Of a DNA stretch of 64,000 nucleotides, positions 52,851 through 64,000 are shown one piece after another. The notes below the pieces were generated by a model. It saw only the letters and a program-made list of their open reading frames with translations. It had not been told where the DNA came from and searched no databases. The position numbers and the translations under genes were made by a program. Every line of letters starts with the position of its first letter. The stretch's first letter is position 1. This stretch comes from Flaccisagitta enflata (Eukaryota). The DNA lies in contig OZ231126.1 in the NCBI GenBank assembly GCA_965153355.1, positions 1,736,001-1,800,000 of the forward strand. Direction: 5' to 3'.

Positions 52851-53927
52851 TAGCCCATTGTCTCGAAACAATGCCATAGCTTAGTAAACTTTCAGATCTG
52901 GCGCACTACAACACAAGATTAATCGCATGTGACGGATATAAGGAATGTTGATAATAGATTTGCAGCTCTTCATGAGCCATGAAAGGTTGTGTCTGGAACA
53001 CCATGCACAGTGGAAAATTGAGACGTCAATGGTTTGGTTAAGTTCCGTCATAGCCAATTTGCCATTTATGTGGTTGATGTCATATAATTGTCATAATTGT
53101 TATATACCATCTCGCTTTTTCTGTCGTAAATAATCAGCTAAATTCAGCCCTATTTTCCAAGCTAAATCCTTCTCCTTTCTAGCTTGCATTTTGTAACAGG
53201 AATGTAGAAAATGTCCCAGCATTAATTTGCGCAAATATTCATACTTTTCTCAAGGCTAGGGAAGCTCATTTTTTAATGTCAAATAACATTTGAGCCTTGT
53301 AACTGGTTACCACTTCTTTGTTATTGTCGTTTCCAAGAATTTACGACAGCTTTTCTCTGATGCAGATTCTTGACTTAAGCTAAAAACAAGTTACACAGGG
53401 TAATGAAATCGTCGCGGACGGGGGGGGAAGAGCAGGGACTAAAATGCGGGATTAGATGATTACAGACCACCGGACGGATCAACGGAGTGACGAAAGCACA
53501 AAACAAGCATCCTGTAGATTCGCAAGTCTGCGATTAAAAAGATTAAAAAGGTAAACGTGGAAACAAGTAGAATGACAACATTCATCACTTGCCAAGGATT
53601 GTAAGATGGGTGATTGAACTGACACTCATACAACAAGTCAGGAGCTGTACAGCAGTTTGTTTTTTATCAACTAACCTGCCCAAAGACCAAGATAGTATCT
53701 GAATACTTGATCCTACACCTACCTGTCCGCGCGCGACATGGGTTGTCATGTCTTGACAACCTTATTTGTCAAAAACTACCTTTTTCATTATTTTGCTCAT
53801 CTTCTGTCATCTTTGATAGCGTCATTTTAGGGCGTCACAAAGTCTGGACGCCTTTTTTTGTGTGTGTGGGCGTAAACTAAAATGTCATTGACTAGAATGA
53901 TGAATTGATATAGTTGGTTCCATGTAG

Positions 53928-54039
<112 letters not shown>

Positions 54040-54403
54040 ACACACACACACAAAATTAGAGACAGAGACAGGCAAAGAGAGAGCGAGGTAGAAAGAGGGA
54101 GATAGCCCAATGAAGATGTCAAAAAAAGATCCAACACACTCATTTTTGGTCGACAACCCCTATCTTCATTTTCCCTCTTGTGTATCATTTCGTATCATCA
54201 TTGAGTTAAGATATTACTCAAATGTTAAGTGACTAAGAGCTTCAGAAAAATTGAGAGAAGATAAAATTCGGAAAATTCTCTGCGAAGAAGTCGTCAAAAA
54301 ATTTGAATAATAGAATGTCAGGAAAAACTCAGCAGGAAACCTTTTGAGTTAATGAGTGTGAAACATCCGTATCGTCATTTCGATCAAGATCAACCAGTTC
54401 GAC

Positions 54404-54472
<69 letters not shown>

Positions 54473-54695
54473 ATTTTAGGATTCATCAAATGGCTTTTTG
54501 ACATTTGAACTCAAATGTCGTGTAAGGCAGGTGACTGTCTTTGCTGGACAGAGACCAGTCTTTTGCGGGGTGATTGAATAAGCAATTCTTCTGAAGAAGC
54601 TGAAACCAAAAATCCGAATGGCGAGAAACGGGCCGGCAGAAGGACCAGGACCATGACCGTCCTCTCTTAACAGCGTGGATCACTGTGCGCCATGG

Positions 54696-54878
54696 TTTTT
54701 AGTCGCGTGCACGCGACTCTTTACCCCGCTTTGTCTGTCCGTTGGTCCGTCGGTTTGTCATTCCGTCGGTCTGTCAGTCCGTCTTTCGGCTGTCTCACTA
54801 CTTTTTTGGCGTTTTTGCCTCACTGCTCCTGCCCAAATGCCCGCACGTGACAGGGGTAGTTGTGCATCCAGCCTTGTT
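54696..54878 (+). mobile_element. Short HINE family A
   Basis: TTTTTAGTCGCGTGCACGCGACTC...GTGCATCCAGCCTTGTT. Confidence 0.75.
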
Positions 54879-55027
54879 CTTATCTGGAATCTGGAGGAGC
54901 TTTTTTTACTTCCACTTGCCGACCAAAATCTGAGTTCAGCACCTCGCTGCTGATTGACAAACAGAGTGCTACAAATGATCATGAGAGAGCAAGATACGAG
55001 CAAACAAACTTGGAAAACAACTTAGCC

Positions 55028-55535
55028 TGCTTCTGCATCTCCTCCTCACTTTCTGCTTCTGCATCTCCTCCTTAGATTCTGCATCTGCATCTCCTCCTTA
55101 AATTCTGCTTCTGCATCTCCTCCTCAACTTCTGCTTCTGCATCTCCTCCTCAACTTCTGCTTCTGCATCTCCTCCTCAACTTCTGCTTCTGCATCTCCTC
55201 CTTAGATTCTGCTTCTGCATCTCCTCCTTAAATTCTGCTTTTGCATCTCCTCCTTAAATTCTGCTTCTGCATCTCCTCCTCAACTTCTGCTTCTGCATCT
55301 CCTCCTCAACTTCTGCTTCTGCATCTCCTCCTTAGATTCTGCTTCTGCATCTCCTCCTTAGTTTCTGCTTCTGCATCTCCTCCTTAACTTCTGCTTCTGC
55401 ATCTCCTCCTTAAATTTTGCTTCTGCATCTCCTCCTCAACTTCTGCTTCTGCATCTCCTCCCTAACCTCTGCTTCTGCATCTCCTCCCTAGCTTATTCTT
55501 CTGCATCTCCTCTTTAACTTTTGCCTCTAAATCTC
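55028..55535. repeat. 26-bp minisatellite, about 19 copies
   Basis: TTCTGCTTCTGCATCTCCTCCT(C/T)A(A/G)(C/A) tandem units. Confidence 0.95.
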
Positions 55536-56741
55536 CTGCTTTTCCTCCCTTTCATGTTTTTGCATGTCAGATTAGCTTCAACTGAGTCTAATCAAGAGCC
55601 GAACCAGACGTCATTTCTTTATTTTCTTAATCGTGAATTAAGTTGATAATTTTCTTTCTAAAAACGGTTTTAGACAGTTTTGGGATTCTGACTTAGTCGA
55701 AGAATTAACTGATCATTTCCTTGACTGACGTCTTGACTGACTTCACTGACGATGCAATCACTATGGACTGGCGTATCGAGCTGTTTGCTGAAGTGTGGTA
55801 ATTTCAAAGACTGCAGCTCAGGTGCGATATCGCACCTTTGCAGCAAAGACAACAACAGGTTAATGATTTTTATTTACAAAGGAGTAGATATATCAGAACT
55901 GCACCAGATGTTCCTATTAGATGATGCATTTCAGATATCAAATCCTTAAATAAAGTAAATTACAATTCTTATGCATTTTTTGAATGCTCATTTTTACCTG
56001 ATTTTCTTTGATTTGCTAAAAAATTCATCGATTAAGTTCCTCATAGCTACGTAGCTGATTCAAGTTTTGGACCAAAAGTACTTACATCAACCATATCCCA
56101 GATAATAAAAGATAGAGTAATAAAATGGAGTGAAATAAAAAAGAGAATGAGAGTGAGTTAGGAAAAAGTGAAGAAGTTTACTTATTTCCTCCATCACGCT
56201 TTGGAGTTGTTACATTTTCACTTTAAATCTTACAGCAATTAGCTGATTTGATGTTTTGTTGACCATCAAAATGGCGACATTGCTTCTACTGCATCATGCC
56301 AATTACCTTCAAGAGAGAGAACCCGTTTGCAGCTTATCTAAAGATTGTTCTTAATGATTTTTCAGCGTTTACATCATTTTGTAAAATTGCTTATGGGCAG
56401 GGGCAGTAATACAAAACCCGCTTGTTACGGACAGACCAACTGATCGATAATATGGTCGCGCATCCTCAGTGTGCAATTTTTCATCCTGCCCCACAACATC
56501 TAGCCCATTCTTTCCTGAGCAAGAGCGTTGCTTGTTGTTGTTGAACTCCTGCACTCATTAACCAATGAACTTTCAAATGAACTGATGCAAAGGACGATTG
56601 AATAATTTGATGATTATATTTTCTGTCCCACAGTTCGAGGATTTGATTGGAAAACAAAATCGATGATTTTTAAGAAAATTGACGAGAATTTGTGCAGACA
56701 GATTGTGGAGTCAAACTGTGCATCGCTCGGCGCCATCCAGT

Positions 56742-56742
<1 letters not shown>

Positions 56743-56821
<79 letters not shown>
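56743..56821. repeat. (GA)n microsatellite abutting the LTR element
   Basis: Direct repeat immediately before the TGT start of the putative LTR. Confidence 0.95.
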
Positions 56822-56823
<2 letters not shown>

Positions 56824-57450
56824 TGGAATATCGCGTTAGATTTTACCATTTTGTGATTATTTGTAATTGCATATTCTCTTTGGTTCGCCCTGTTTGTTGC
56901 CCATTTTGTGAATTTATATTATTGCTGATTTTCTTTCTTTAGTTATCAGTTGTAATGTTATTCGCTCTTCATTCCTGATCAATCTTGGGGTGCGTTTCCT
57001 TACCTGGTGAGTTTTGGATGGACTTGGTTGGTTGGTTAGTTGGTCAGTTTGGTTGGTTGGTCAGTTGGTCGATTGGATTAACTAGTTGTTTAGTTATATA
57101 GTTCTTATGTTGTTGAGTTATTGAGTTATTTAGGATGATAGGTTGTTAGGTTAATCTCTTTTCTTCTTTTCCCCTCTTCCTTTCCTTTCTATTATTTCAG
57201 CGTTTTTGTACCCCTTTCAACCATAGAAGATATTGAGATGGCGACGACGAAAGACCTTATCCAAATGGAGACTTGATGACTTTGAGTGGATTCGTGGTGT
57301 TGGCGTTGTTGGCGCAGCGCGTGGCGTGGCATAGAGAGGATTGGCGCGGTCGTGACGCAGCGACTGCCGGACTGATTCATCATCGTCAACGTCAGCGCAA
57401 AGGTACTCTGACGGTTGGAGACTGTATTCTACGCGGTTCTTTACAGTACA
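56822..57450 (+). repeat. Putative 5' LTR of the BEL/Pao element
   Basis: Begins with TGT directly after (GA)n and lies upstream of gag. The 3' boundary is uncertain: the second LTR is outside the window and no clear PBS was identified. Confidence 0.5.
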
Positions 57451-57497
57451 AAAACGATACCAGAGATTGATCAAGATTTGTGTTTTATACCACCACA

Positions 57498-60155
57498 ATG
57501 AGCACAAAAAATACACAGGCCCCGGGTGGCGACGGAGAACCGCCGGTGTGGAAGAGGCGCGACATATCGAGCGTGAGAAGAGAGCTCTATCTCGAATTCG
57601 CTGTCGTCCAATCGGCGTTCAGCGTCGCTTCCGTCAGTAAAGAAAGGGCTGTGTTGATAAGAGCGAATGACGCGGCAAGCAAATTTCAAAAACTGTTGAA
57701 CGAAAGAATAGAACAATACAACGCGTGCGTGATAGACGACGTCTCAGCTGAACATGCGGCAAATGACTTGATGATAGACATATCGGCGTACCGGGCGGAG
57801 CTGGATACATCCCTCAAGCCGTTGTACATAGAAGAGGCAGGTGAGGGTGAAAGGGATGTATCATTCGACGCCGGCTCTCCCATCGCGAAGGAAGAGGCGC
57901 CGGAAAGAACGGCGCCGTCGCGATTCGAGAGACTGAGACAACCACCAGGAGGTGGCATAATGGATAAAACAATGCGCATATCAGAGAGCGAGGAGGAGGA
58001 GGCGCCAAACGAGGAGGAGGCTCTCAACGAAGAGGAGACTCCAAACGTGGAGGAGGAAGAGAGAGGAGCGGAAGAACCGGAAATGGTGGAGGAAGTAGAC
58101 GGCGCCGAAGAGCATCGAGATAACGCCGGCGAAAATCAGATCGCAGAAACAGCGGCGACAGGCGGCATAATGAGCAGGATCGCGGGGATGTTTAGAGGAT
58201 CATCAACGCCTCAACAAGCGAATACGGCAGAAGCGGTCGTGGCGTCAGCAGGGAATCCGGCGATCCACGTGATACCCGCGACGCCGGCCGAGAGGACGCC
58301 GTCAATGAGAAGCGCCGGATCTATCGCGAGATCGATACAGGCGAAGAAAGACAGAGACGAGGAACAGAAAAAAGAGAAAGAACGAATGGAAGCGAATAGA
58401 AGGCAGAGTGAAGCGGACGAGGCGGAAGCATTGAGAAAGGTAGAGGAAATAAGAAGGCAGAGAGAACAAAACGAAAAACTTCACCAAATCAAAGTGAAAG
58501 GGATCGAACGGATCCACCGAGAACAACAACAAGCGATCAGCGACGACGATGAGGCTTCAGGCGCCAGAGATGCGATGAGGAGGCTCGAGCAGTCCGTCAA
58601 CGGGGGCGAAGAGAGAGCCTTGAATCCCAACGCCGCGGTGGAGAGCTGGGCAAAAAATAACGCCAGCGGCTCCGTTCCGACGACGCCCGTGAGAGGAAAA
58701 GTGCCACAACAAAGGAAAGGAGAAAAGAAAGTGGCATTAAAACTCGACCTCGATAAGATCCAACTGACGCCAAAAGGAATCACGAAACCCATTGTTCCTC
58801 CAGAGAAGGCGGTTAAGAAGCCAATCGTTCCGTCGGCAAGACCCAAAAAGGTGAACAAACCGACAATTCAAAAATTGCCACCTAGAGAATTCAAACAAGA
58901 AAAAGAAAAAAAGGATGTGAAACACCTGAGAGAGAAGAAAGAGAAAATCGAGAAGGAAACAATGGAGCTCATGGCAAGGCTACAAGAATTGCACAACTCG
59001 GCGCAGCAGGTGGAGGAAGGCTTGGAGGAGCGCGATGAGGAGGAGGAGGAGGAGGAAGAGGCGCCTAAGACGCCAACCACACCAGGTTGCGCCGGAAGTG
59101 CAAACCAGGAGGAATTCGTGCGAGTCCAAATTCAGATGTTTGCAATGGCTCAGCTGAAAGAAGCTCGCCCGGTGAAGAAGTTTGCGGGTGTGGGCAAAGG
59201 AATGAGCTTTGCCAAACATATGTTGAAATTTGAAACGGCCTTGGAGATAGTCGGTCTGTCGGAAAAAGCCAAATTGAACGAGTTCCAACATTACTTAGAG
59301 GGCGCAGCATTCCAGTTGATAGAGGCCGAAACTCTGGAGAAAACGGACGCGGGAAAAGCGGTGAGAACGGCAATTGAGAAACTAAATAAAAAATTCGGCC
59401 TAAGAAAAGAATCGGCGATGGAAATGCTCGAGGAGTTGTTGCAAGGAAAACAAGTCGGTGAAAAGGACCATGGCGGCTTACTGATGTTCTATTGTAAGTT
59501 GCAGAGCATTTACACGTTGGCAAAAAGCACCGGCAGAGGAGGAGAATTCGAGAATAAGATGATCATCGAATCAATCCTCTCAAAAAAGACCCCACACCTG
59601 ACAGCGAAATGGTCAAAGAGAGTGGTGAAAAACATGATGTCAGATGGGGAGACGTTGGGCTTTGAAACGTTCCTCGAATTCCTTGACACCGAGCACACAA
59701 TCGCCGAATTATGCTACAGAAACTCGAGTCAGGCGCAGAATAGCAAGCCTGTAGGAGCAGCCAAAGTAGCGGCGACAACGGCGACTGCCCCGGCGAAAAG
59801 CGGCGGTAAACCGACGGTAAATGCGACAGCGGCCAGCACAACGGCTGCAGCACCGACGGCCGGAAGTTGTGAACGTTGCGGAGGCCAACATCGCATTCCA
59901 GCGTGCGACATTTTCAAGGGCTTGTCCAGCGCGGATAAGAGAAAATTTTGCATAAACACTCGTATATGTTATCTGTGCCTTGAGACCGGGCATATGGCGA
60001 GAAACTGCAAATCGACGGAAATGTGCGCCATCTGCGGCATAGGTCACCACACCTTGCTCCACCCAGACGAATCCTCGGGTGCCCCGCCTACCCCGGCGGG
60101 AACCAATGGAGGAGGAGGAGGGGGAGGAGGAGGAGGAGGAGGCGGAAACGCATGA
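57498..60155 (+). CDS. gag: BEL/Pao Gag (885 aa) with a long acidic/charged N-terminal region
   Basis: ATG at 57498; knuckles CERCGGQHRIPAC, CYLCLETGHMARNC and CAICGIGHHTLLH; poly-Gly tail, then TGA. Confidence 0.9.
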   Translation: MSTKNTQAPGGDGEPPVWKRRDISSVRRELYLEFAVVQSAFSVASVSKERAVLIRANDAASKFQKLLNERIEQYNACVIDDVSAEHAANDLMIDISAYRAELDTSLKPLYIEEAGEGERDVSFDAGSPIAKEEAPERTAPSRFERLRQPPGGGIMDKTMRISESEEEEAPNEEEALNEEETPNVEEEERGAEEPEMVEEVDGAEEHRDNAGENQIAETAATGGIMSRIAGMFRGSSTPQQANTAEAVVASAGNPAIHVIPATPAERTPSMRSAGSIARSIQAKKDRDEEQKKEKERMEANRRQSEADEAEALRKVEEIRRQREQNEKLHQIKVKGIERIHREQQQAISDDDEASGARDAMRRLEQSVNGGEERALNPNAAVESWAKNNASGSVPTTPVRGKVPQQRKGEKKVALKLDLDKIQLTPKGITKPIVPPEKAVKKPIVPSARPKKVNKPTIQKLPPREFKQEKEKKDVKHLREKKEKIEKETMELMARLQELHNSAQQVEEGLEERDEEEEEEEEAPKTPTTPGCAGSANQEEFVRVQIQMFAMAQLKEARPVKKFAGVGKGMSFAKHMLKFETALEIVGLSEKAKLNEFQHYLEGAAFQLIEAETLEKTDAGKAVRTAIEKLNKKFGLRKESAMEMLEELLQGKQVGEKDHGGLLMFYCKLQSIYTLAKSTGRGGEFENKMIIESILSKKTPHLTAKWSKRVVKNMMSDGETLGFETFLEFLDTEHTIAELCYRNSSQAQNSKPVGAAKVAATTATAPAKSGGKPTVNATAASTTAAAPTAGSCERCGGQHRIPACDIFKGLSSADKRKFCINTRICYLCLETGHMARNCKSTEMCAICGIGHHTLLHPDESSGAPPTPAGTNGGGGGGGGGGGGGNA

Positions 60156-63100
60156 CTAGCCGTACCTAAACAAAATTCAGTCTTTAAAGTCGGTGGAGAT
60201 GATGGAGCATGGCGTCTGATCGTACCGTTATACGTAGTGGGGGAAAATGGAGAAGAGATTGGCACTTATGCTCTTCTCGATGGTGGTGCGAACCGAAATG
60301 TTGTGTCGGAGTCGATATGTTCACGTTTGGGAATAGGAGGAAGAGACGTGAACATGAAAGTGACGACCTTGGACAAAACTGTGGAAGGTGTCAGGAAAGT
60401 AGCGGATGTGATGGTGAAAGGTACAAATGGTTTTGAACTAAAGCTGAGCAATGCGATCTTTGGAGAGATAATAGCCACAGAGGGTGACAGACCCCCCAGA
60501 ATCGCGGATGTGGAGGGGATTGAACACTTGAGCGACATCGAGTTTCCTGCTTTTCCGGAAGAGAATGACGCCGACAGCCAAATAGGAGTGATTATCGGGG
60601 CTGAACATGCCCGAGTATGGAGCTCTGGCAAAAGGCGCATCGGCGATGAGTCACTTCCGGTGGCGCTGGAGACGGGATTCGGCTACTGTCTGATAGGCCC
60701 CAAGAAGAACGTTGACTCGCATTGTTTTGTTTGTAACCATGTTTCCTTTCAGAGTTACCCATCCAACACAGAGAAAGAAATGAAAAAATGTTTTGCGAGT
60801 GAATTTGAAAGAGCAAAAAACGACGATGAAACAATGTCGGTGGAGGATAGATTTGCTCTTAGGCAACTCGAAGAATCGATTGTATGGGATTCTACAGTGG
60901 AAAGATATCGAGTGAGCCTGCCCCACAAACGCGGAAGAAAAGCGACGGCAGAAAGGATCAACAAAGTGGATTCGAGCGGCATGGCATTGGACCGCCTGTG
61001 GAGAACGGCACGACAAATGCGAAAGGACCCGGAGAGGAGAAGGGTCACATTTGAAACAATGCGTCAATTCGAAGCGAAGGGCAGAGTCGTGAAACTCGAT
61101 CCGAAAAAGCACGCAGCAACACCGTCGGACAGGCCTAAGTGGACAATCCCCATCCATGTCACAGATAAGCCAGGGAAACCTGGTCAAGTTCGTATCTGTC
61201 ATGATTGTAGGGCATCTGTGGGGGGTGTGTGTTTGAATGATTGTCTATTAGATGGCCCCCAATTGGCATGTGATATTCGTGGCGTGTTGATGCGTTTTCG
61301 TGATGGGGGTGAAGTTGCGGTAGGGGCTGACATTAAAGATTTTTTCCATGAAATCTATATTGCAGAGGAAGACGAAGGCGCCTTTACGTACTGGTGGTTT
61401 CCGACGGAGGAGATGGACGAAGCGGAATTGAATGGATTTTTGGGTCACGTGTTCGGCGCCAAAAGTTCCAACTTCGTCGCGATCTTCACGCAACGGTACC
61501 ACATCAATCAGAGGGCGAGAGAATACGGTCCTCAAGTAGTGGAGGCGTCAAACCGCAATCTGTACGTCGACGATCTGTTGAAGTCTTTGCGCAACACGAA
61601 GATAGCGCGTGATTTCCGGATCGCGATCACTGCGGCGATGAAGGATGGCGGCTTCACTCTCTGCAAGTGGCGCTCATCAAGGCCGGAAGTGCTGGAGGAG
61701 GCGGATCCGGCGCCGGAAATGAAGGACTTTCGGAATGCCGCAGCCCCCGGAGAAGACGTGGGAAAAGTTCTGGGGATGCGTTATTCGTTCTCAGCGGACA
61801 AGATTTCTTACGCGCCAGAAAAAGAAAAAGCGGAAATGAAAGTGGAAACGAAACGCCAGATGCTACAAGTAATAGCGTCATTCTTCGACCCCCTCGGATT
61901 CTTGGACCCTTTCGTGATTTGGGCGAGATTCATTCTGCAGCAAGTGATGAAGACCGCGATCGGATGGGACGAGAAAAACATAGAGGAAGCATTGTTGGAA
62001 GCATTTGCTGTGTGGCAAGGAGATTTTGAATTCCTCAAAAACTTTGAAATTGAACGATGGACTGCGACGCTGGAAACTCAGGATGGTGAAAAACAACTGA
62101 TGGTGTTCAGCGATGCGAGTAGTAAGGGATACGGCGTGGTGATATACGTGCGCCGGAAGACGCCGGATGGAAAGATTCACGTAGCGATCGTATGCTCGAA
62201 GGCGCACGTGGTGCCGGTGAAAGACGCTGAAGCTGGGCACCACGATTCGATGCCGAGGCTGGAATTGCAGGCCGCGCGATTGGCGGCAAGGATGAGATCA
62301 TCTGTGGAAAAAGAGACAGGGAGTTATGACAGTATCATTATGTGGACTGACTCTGAATGTGTGATTAAGCAACTTAATGATACAGTCACCCGATTTAAAG
62401 TTTATTTTTCCAACCGCATCTCAGAAATACAGGCGTTGACGAGCGTGTCCGAGTGGAGATGGGTGCCTTCCGGGGAAAACCCGGCCGACGACTGTACCCA
62501 TGGTCTTCTGGCGCGTGACCCGAAATGGCGACGTTTCCACAGTGGGCCGGAATTTTTGTGGCAAGACGAGACGGAATGGCCGGAAAAGCAGATCGTGTCG
62601 GAACCATTCCCAGCGCATATCCTGGCTACGGCAGTGACAACTCCTGCAGTGGAAGAGACTTGGATATCGAGAATATCCCGCGGTGTTGCCTCGTGGCCAG
62701 GAAAAGTACGTCGGATCGCGCTTTTCAAAAAGACGATAATGCGATGTGTAGTGAGACGACGCCCCGCAGTCGGTGGCAGCGGTGCGCAGTCAGCTACACT
62801 GCGCGAGCTGCGAGACGCGGAAATGCTTCTGATACGGGACATTCAATCGCGGCATTTCAATGAAGAGATAAAAGCGTTGACGACGGCGCCAAAAGGCCCC
62901 ACAAAGAGACATAAAGTGCACGCGAAATCGACGATAGTGGCATTGAACCCGTTCATCGATGCGAGTGGGATACTGCGCTGCATGGGACGTCTCACAAACT
63001 CGACGGATCTGAGCTACGACGCCAGACATCCAATAATACTCCCTCATGACGACGACGAAGTGTTGGTTTTGATAAGACTATTTCATGAATGTCACCTTCA

Positions 63101-64000
63101 CGCTGGCGTGGAACATGTGTTGGGAGAGTCGCGACCCCGTTTTTGGATCACAAAAGGGCGCCGCGTCGTGTCGCGCGTGGTAAAAGCATGCGTGGGATGT
63201 CAGAGACACTTCAAAGCGCCGGAGTCGCAGCAAATGGCGCCGCTTCCCGCAGAAAGGACGCATGCTTGTCGGCCCTTCGAGAATACGGGAGTAGACTGCT
63301 TTGGACCTGTGAAATGCAAAATTGTTGGAAGGGCATTTCACAAAGTGAATGTGGCTCTTTTTACGTGTATGGCGACGAGAGCAGTGCATTTCGAAGTATT
63401 GCGGAGTATGGACACATCGAGCTTTATTGATGCTCTGCAACGCTTTTGGGCGAGAAGACCGGCGGTGAGGCGCCTGTTTTCAGATTGTGGCTCAAACTTC
63501 ACTTCCGCCGAGAAAGAGATTGCGGCGGAAGTCGCGGCATGGAACGCGTCGTCGACGAAGGATTTGCGGCTGCTTGGGATCGAATGGAAGTTCAACCCAC
63601 CGACATCCCCTCATAGGGGTGGTGTGTGGGAGCGGCTTGTGAAAGCCGCGAAAAAACATTTAACGTTCGTATTGACATTGGACAACCTGAGCATCGAGAC
63701 GTTGACGACAGTGTTGGCTCAGGCGGAGTTGGCGATGAACTCGAGACCGATCACACACATCCCTGATGAGCCTGGAGTCCAAGCGCTGCGTCCGATTGAC
63801 TTTCTGTGCCCTGGTGTATTTGCGGCGTCGGACTGTGACATTCTTCCTCCATCGCCTCCGGATGCAGTGTGCCTTCGTTACAGTTGGCGCCAATCGAGAG
63901 CATTGGTTGACGAATTTTGGAACCGGTGGTCGCGGGATTATGTTTCGGCGCTACAAGCGCGGCCGAAATGGCGTTTGTCGGAGCCAAATTTGGAAGTCGG
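60156..64000 (+). CDS. pol: BEL/Pao Pol (protease, RT, RNase H, integrase), in frame with gag after a single TGA, open to the window end
   Basis: Manual translation shows no stop in about 1281 codons. Motifs: ALLDGGA (~60270), ADIKDFF (~61326), YVDD (61563), FSDAS (~62106), HHCC zinc site (63084-63200), GVDCFGP, SDCGSNF, GGVWERLV. Confidence 0.92.

Larger units (their letters stand above)
56822..64000 (+). mobile_element. BEL/Pao LTR retrotransposon, apparently intact, truncated by the window end
   Basis: Gag has three BEL-type Cys/His knuckles. Pol order is PR-RT-RH-IN with BEL signatures (LNDCLLDGP, YVDD, FDPLG, FSDAS, PRLEL, NPAD, GGVWERLV). Confidence 0.95.

Noticed and set aside
57480-57497. 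TTG start given by the ORF track for gag
   Set aside because: In a eukaryotic context the in-frame ATG at 57498 (ACAATG) is the more plausible start.
60266-63987. Antisense and alternative-frame ORFs over pol
   Set aside because: Shadows of the GC-richer pol frame with no recognisable motifs.

Overview
Eukaryotic (probably invertebrate animal), AT-rich, transposon-dense region with no confidently identifiable host gene. Most ORF-track entries are microsatellite or satellite translation artefacts. Main contents: (1) an apparently intact BEL/Pao LTR retrotransposon from about 56822 to the window end. Its gag and a fully open pol (absent from the ORF track) are in the same frame and separated by a single TGA in the readthrough context TGA-CTAG. 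(2) Many non-autonomous Helentron-like (DINE-1/HINE-type) elements of several families, some carrying 1-2.4 kb composite satellite arrays. (3) A 9.5 kb TIR element (10997-20495) full of nested MITEs, whose empty target site survives in an adjacent tandem duplicate. (4) A 5.25 kb foldback element with about 1 kb TIRs and a 4-bp TSD that splits a Gln-rich ORF. (5) hAT, Tc1/mariner and piggyBac-like MITEs with readable TSDs. (6) Two decayed LINEs and a Penelope-like fragment. All calls are by eye, without database searches. Superfamily labels rest on terminal motifs and TSD lengths, and element boundaries without TSDs are approximate.
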